From the NCBI GenBank assembly GCA_047495785.1, contig JBLDXI010000003.1:3286001-3350000 (forward strand): a DNA stretch of 64,000 nt. The letters are read 5' to 3'. Position 1 is the stretch's first letter, and each line of letters opens with the position of its first letter. This document shows, in pieces, positions 62,704 through 64,000 of the stretch. The position numbers were made by a program, and so were the translations under genes. The notes beneath the pieces are model-generated. The model ran no database searches, was not told the origin of the DNA, and saw only the letters and a list, made by a program, of their open reading frames with translations. The DNA comes from Lepidodermella squamata (lineage: Eukaryota; Animalia; Gastrotricha).

Positions 62704-64000
62704 ATGGCAAAACTATCAGTTTTGCTTATTCTTGCGCCGTTTTTCGCCGCCGCATTCGCCACTGAGGACATAATAGAATGGTGTGGCATGGTTATTCACG
62801 ACAAACCACAGGCGAAACCAGTTCCTCTGACTTCGGTTTCGGTTCACGCCGATGTTCGCGGCTGGGCTGTTGGCGTGACTGCAGAGCTCGAGTACAAAAA
62901 TAACCTCGAAGAAGCCATTGAGTGCGAGTTCGTCTTCCCACTCACCGAAACGGCTGCAATTTATCAACTCGAAGCTGAAGTCGATGGTAAAAAACTCGTC
63001 GCTCAGGTCAAGGAGCGAAATGTTGCAGACAAGGAATACACGTAATATTAATTTTGAATTTTTAAATTATTTAATTTTTTTAGATTCGATTGAAATTATT
63101 TAAAATTTTGAAATTTTGAATTTTGAATTAAAATTGAAGTTTAAATGTAATTAAAAAGTTTAAAATTTAATTTAAAATTTAATTTTAATTAATTAACAGA
63201 AAACATGTAAAGTTTCAAATTTTTTTGCTTTCAGTGAGGCTGTGAAAAAGGGCAAGACTGCGTTTCACTTGGAGAGCCAGACTGGTACCACCGATGTCTA
63301 TCGCCTCCGCATTGGTAACCTGGCTGCCGGTCAATCAGCCACGGTTAAAATCGGCTTCGCCCAGCCGATCGATCGCGTTCTCAGCGATGGCCTGCTTTCT
63401 CTCAGCCTACCAGTCGTCCTCAACCCACGCTACGTCCCGAAGCACCAGATCGAAAATCGCGAAATCATCGACAAATTGTTCCTGGTGAAGACGCCGTTCG
63501 TCGCTGTTTCACAGGTTCAGTACAAGATGAAGTTTTCAGCCGACATCGACCTTGGCCAACTGCGTCAAATCGTCGATGTGAAGGCTCTGAATTCTAGCGA
63601 TATTCTCAAGGTGACGTATGGCGAGGGCAAAAACACGGCCAAGGTCGAGTTGACCAGCGATATCGTCCAAGATCACGACTTCACCCTGCTGATCACCCCT
63701 GACAAGGCGTTAAACTCGAAATCAGTTGTCTACGTCGAGCCAGGTGTTGCGGTTTCGAGCGAGTCGAAGCAACCGTGGTTGAACTACGACATTGCCGCGG
63801 CTTGGTTCGAACAATTCGACTCGGGTGATAAAACGTCTCAGAAGTCGATCGATGAATACTGGATCGTTGTCGATCGATCTGGGTCCATGTGGGGTGATAA
63901 GATCGTTGACGCCAAGTCGGCACTTGCTGTTATTGTCAAGAGCCTGCCATATGGCTGCAAGTTCAACATTATTGGCTTCGGCTCTACTTACAAGGTTCTG
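62704..64000 (+). CDS. VIT + vWA domain protein (VWA5A-like), partial; exons 62704-63041, 63235->window end
   Basis: VIT motifs (VPLTSVSV, LEYKN, EFVFPL, AIYQLEAEVDGK), MIDAS VDRSGSM, FNIIGFGS; phase-2 intron. Confidence 0.85.

Overview
Eukaryotic (invertebrate animal) genomic DNA with compact GT-AG introns, mostly 45-65 nt; the species cannot be fixed from sequence alone. The window is a duplication-rich cluster of secreted and cell-surface genes. (1) Three unrecognised families of secreted, highly cationic low-complexity proteins with Cys-free mature regions: A x3 plus a fragment, B x4 and C x4. All share one gene structure, and every B gene sits 144-174 bp upstream of a C gene in an operon-like pair. 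(2) An anti-lipopolysaccharide-factor-like gene and toxin-like Cys-rich prepropeptides. (3) A 7-exon gene that splices two L-type-lectin-like domains and a Ser/Thr stalk in frame onto a Cys-loop pentameric ligand-gated ion channel; this is the most striking finding. Also present: a GABA-B-like class C GPCR, two class A GPCRs, a frameshifted cathepsin L, the 3' half of a spectraplakin, two STELLO/DUF288-like genes, a threonine dehydrogenase-like SDR, tRNA-Arg(CCG) and a VIT-vWA gene. Two C genes are disrupted by DNA transposons: a P element nested in a tRNA-box-bearing foldback element, and a rearranged CACTA/EnSpm-like element. A probable P-element excision footprint is also visible. All gene models and family calls were made by eye, without database searches.
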